Shown in pieces: positions 43,859 through 45,722 of a stretch of DNA of 45,722 nucleotides (positions within the stretch are counted from its first letter, which is position 1; each line of letters begins with the position of its first letter). Below the pieces are notes generated by a model that saw nothing but the letters and a program-made list of their open reading frames with translations, made no database searches and was not told where the DNA came from. Both the position numbers and the translations under genes were made by a program. The stretch comes from a virus, in IMG/VR virus record IMGVR_UViG_3300045988_128735, one strand, 5' to 3'.

Positions 43859-44252
43859 AGAGATTGAGCTGACGATTGAACATAAACTTCATCAGCTCGT
43901 CGCTTGTGAACTTAAGATGCTTTGCCACAGCCTCCATCTCTTTATTCGTTGCTTGCCGGTAGCCTTGCCAAATCTGCTGAAAGCGAACCTGATTGATACC
44001 TATTGCCCGGTAGAAATCCTTGGTGGGATGGAAGTAAGCCGTATCTATTTTAACGGCGATAAGTTCGCGCAGCAGATTGCGCTTTACTTGCTGATGACGT
44101 GCTATGTCATGCCGTAGCATGTAGAGCTGCACTGATAACTCAGACCTGCCAAGCCTCGCCGCCATGTCACGGATGGATACCGTTGTAGCATTAGCCTTGA
44201 TGTAAGCCACCTCTTCTGCAGTCCAGCGCCGTTTGGTGTCAGGGTTGCTCAT
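43845..44252 (-). CDS. Putative DNA-binding protein (135 aa)
   Basis: 'RRWTAEEVAYIKANATTVSIRDMAARLGRS' looks like a SANT/Myb-like or HTH segment. It overlaps the primase start by 14 nt. Confidence 0.45.
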   Translation of the reverse strand: MSNPDTKRRWTAEEVAYIKANATTVSIRDMAARLGRSELSVQLYMLRHDIARHQQVKRNLLRELIAVKIDTAYFHPTKDFYRAIGINQVRFQQIWQGYRQATNKEMEAVAKHLKFTSDELMKFMFNRQLNLFDNN

Positions 44253-44727
44253 CTTGGATGGAATTTATCAAGTTATACTTTTCTAAAGTCATCCAGTGAT
44301 GTTGGGTGGCAAGCAAGAACTGCCGCGCCAATTGCTTTAGATGAACCGTCATTTCATCCCTGTGTAGACATGAAATTGCATATAATGACCACTCAACGAT
44401 ACAAACAAGTTTTCGTAAATCTTTACCTTCTATGTCAATTGTGATAATGTCTAAGTTGTCGTCGGACCTATACTCTAACACACCATCAAGTTTGCGCGAC
44501 TTCAGATCCTTGTCAAGTCTATCTACAAAGCCGAGCTTGCAGCTTGGAAACGGACATGTAACATAAGTAATGGTCTTGTCACCCTCATATTTTCGACAAA
44601 CAACAACATAAAAATCGTTGTGGCTGATCATTATACCTACATCTTGCTTATTCTCATTAATCATATGCTCCATATTTGTAGTATTATCACTGTTTACGGT
44701 ATTACTTAGCAATACCGTATATCCCAT
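44239..44727 (-). CDS. Hypothetical early protein (162 aa)
   Basis: ORF only. Confidence 0.45.
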   Translation of the reverse strand: MGYTVLLSNTVNSDNTTNMEHMINENKQDVGIMISHNDFYVVVCRKYEGDKTITYVTCPFPSCKLGFVDRLDKDLKSRKLDGVLEYRSDDNLDIITIDIEGKDLRKLVCIVEWSLYAISCLHRDEMTVHLKQLARQFLLATQHHWMTLEKYNLINSIQDEQP

Positions 44728-44945
44728 ATATCTCGTTTATTTACCCCATATTTAGCGAATATTTTTTCGATATCCTCCTTTAAAAATGCCGGAATATTAG
44801 GGTAATCCTTACGCTTACGATAGAAGTCAGTGTCGAATTTTAGCCCTAAAACCTCCTTTATTTCTGCCTTAACTATAGGAATGTCTGACAGTTTCAGCAT
44901 ATTGAAGCCGGGTCGGAAAGAATAATGAACTTTTCGTATTGCCAT
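44706..44945 (-). CDS. Hypothetical early protein (79 aa), first gene of the leftward early operon
   Basis: ORF positioned divergently from the repressor, which is a Cro/antirepressor-like position. Confidence 0.45.
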   Translation of the reverse strand: MAIRKVHYSFRPGFNMLKLSDIPIVKAEIKEVLGLKFDTDFYRKRKDYPNIPAFLKEDIEKIFAKYGVNKRDIWDIRYC

Positions 44946-44993
44946 ATTAAATATTTTGACTATATTTACAAGTGAATTTTACTATATCGTATG

Positions 44994-45001
44994 CAAAGAT
45001 A
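44994..45001 (-). promoter_or_regulatory. Candidate early -7 box (TATCTTTG) in the divergent switch region
   Basis: Plus-strand 'caaagata'. It is surrounded by ACTATAT (three copies) and AACAATAT (three copies) within 44946-45068. Confidence 0.5.
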
Positions 45002-45068
45002 CTATATATCTATCGTACATAATTAATCAATCCGAACAATATCTCGGAAATAAACAATATTTAACAAT

Positions 45069-45485
45069 ATGGCAGAAAAATCGGAGTACCAATTAAGGCT
45101 TGCAAAGGTGATAGACCAGCTATCCATCACCGGCAGACAGTTCTGTCTACAATGTGGACTAAGTGACAATTTCTTGTCGTCTGGTCAGAAAGACATAACG
45201 ACCAGGCAACTTGTGCCAATACTCAAAATCTACCCCCAAATCAATCCATATTATATATTGTTAGGGGAAGGAACCCCACTCATTGACGAGAAATTTGTCA
45301 ACGAAGGCATGATTGGTCGTTACATCCTACAGACATTGTCAGAGCTGCAGGTGGAAGTGCGTCAGCTAATCCAGGAGAACACCGTGCTCAAGGCAAAGCT
45401 CGAGCGCTTGGAGTCTGGAGAAGAAGGTAAGAAAAAGCGCTTGCCTAAGCGTAAACGCATAGAAATGCCAAACGAAAAGGCATAA
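45069..45485 (+). CDS. HTH-type phage repressor (cI-like) with a C-terminal leucine-zipper-like coiled coil
   Basis: 'LAKVIDQLSITGRQFCLQCGLSDNFLSS' is an HTH. A heptad-like 'LSELQVEVRQLIQENTVLKAKLERLE' follows. It is divergent from the early operon and next to the integrase across the genome junction. Confidence 0.7.
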   Translation: MAEKSEYQLRLAKVIDQLSITGRQFCLQCGLSDNFLSSGQKDITTRQLVPILKIYPQINPYYILLGEGTPLIDEKFVNEGMIGRYILQTLSELQVEVRQLIQENTVLKAKLERLESGEEGKKKRLPKRKRIEMPNEKA

Positions 45486-45623
45486 AAAAATCATACACAT
45501 CCTTGTGTTATGATAAATAGAATTGTGTGATTCACGGCGAAATGACATGATATTTTAAGAATAATCATTGTCGAGAACCCCGTTAAACAAATAATTTGGG
45601 ATAAAAAAGGGTGCTGGTCACTC

Positions 45624-45722
45624 TCTTGTCATCCCGACAGTTAAGGGGTTAAGATGCTGAAATTCAGTATTTTAACCCTTTGTCGCTTTAATACACTCGG
45701 CGAAAGTTCGGCGTGTTAAAAA
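45624..45722. repeat. Terminal direct repeat, right copy (identical to 1..99)
   Basis: See the left copy. Confidence 0.95.

Noticed and set aside
45486-45623. A terminator or tRNA-derived attP core between the repressor and the terminal repeat
   Set aside because: There is only a weak bulged hairpin ('catacaca tcct tgtgttatg') without a T-run, and nothing tRNA-like. The evidence is too thin to annotate.
1-45722. tRNA, rRNA, tmRNA, CRISPR arrays, transposase/IS elements and stop-codon reassignment
   Set aside because: I saw no cloverleaf-like segment with a GTTCRANYC T-loop, no regularly spaced direct repeats, and no transposase-like ORF. ORFs of 1242, 1313 and 2274 aa are uninterrupted under the standard code, so recoding is not needed. 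A proper tRNAscan or Infernal run was not possible here.

Overview
The window looks like one complete temperate tailed-phage genome. Bases 1-99 recur exactly at 45624-45722, so the unique length is 45,623 bp, either circularly closed or terminally redundant. Almost all genes are on the minus strand. Many sit behind TAnnTTTG-type -7 boxes, which suggests a Bacteroidota host (inference). Read along the minus strand, the modules are as follows. (1) Early and replication genes, including a 1313-aa DnaG-type primase fused to a P-loop helicase (39917-45001). (2) An iteron-rich, origin-like region (39405-39731). (3) A head and packaging module with ClpP-like prohead protease, major capsid protein, a PLD/HKD-like nuclease, and small and large terminase (31286-38147). 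(4) An accessory island holding a ComF-like phosphoribosyltransferase and a RadC/JAB pair plus many small genes, bounded by strong hairpins (25628-31285). (5) A holin and a structural block ending in a 2274-aa tail fibre (12442-25502). (6) A complete diversity-generating retroelement (DGR) at 8627-11640. (7) An amidase endolysin. (8) A separately promoted tape-measure operon (1327-6998). The integrase (136-1326) and an HTH repressor (45069-45485) are on the plus strand and flank the genome junction. The standout is the DGR, arranged target, avd, TR, RT. Its 103-bp TR (10013-10115) and VR (10846-10948) differ at 12 positions, and every one is an adenine in the TR on the coding strand. These fall in 8 of the 11 AAC codons. 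The diversified protein is a small C-type-lectin-like protein encoded just downstream of the giant fibre, next to a non-diversified paralog. Unusually, the TR lies in frame inside the RT ORF. I found no tRNA, rRNA or CRISPR array. All calls rest on reading the sequence and translations by eye; no database search was possible.
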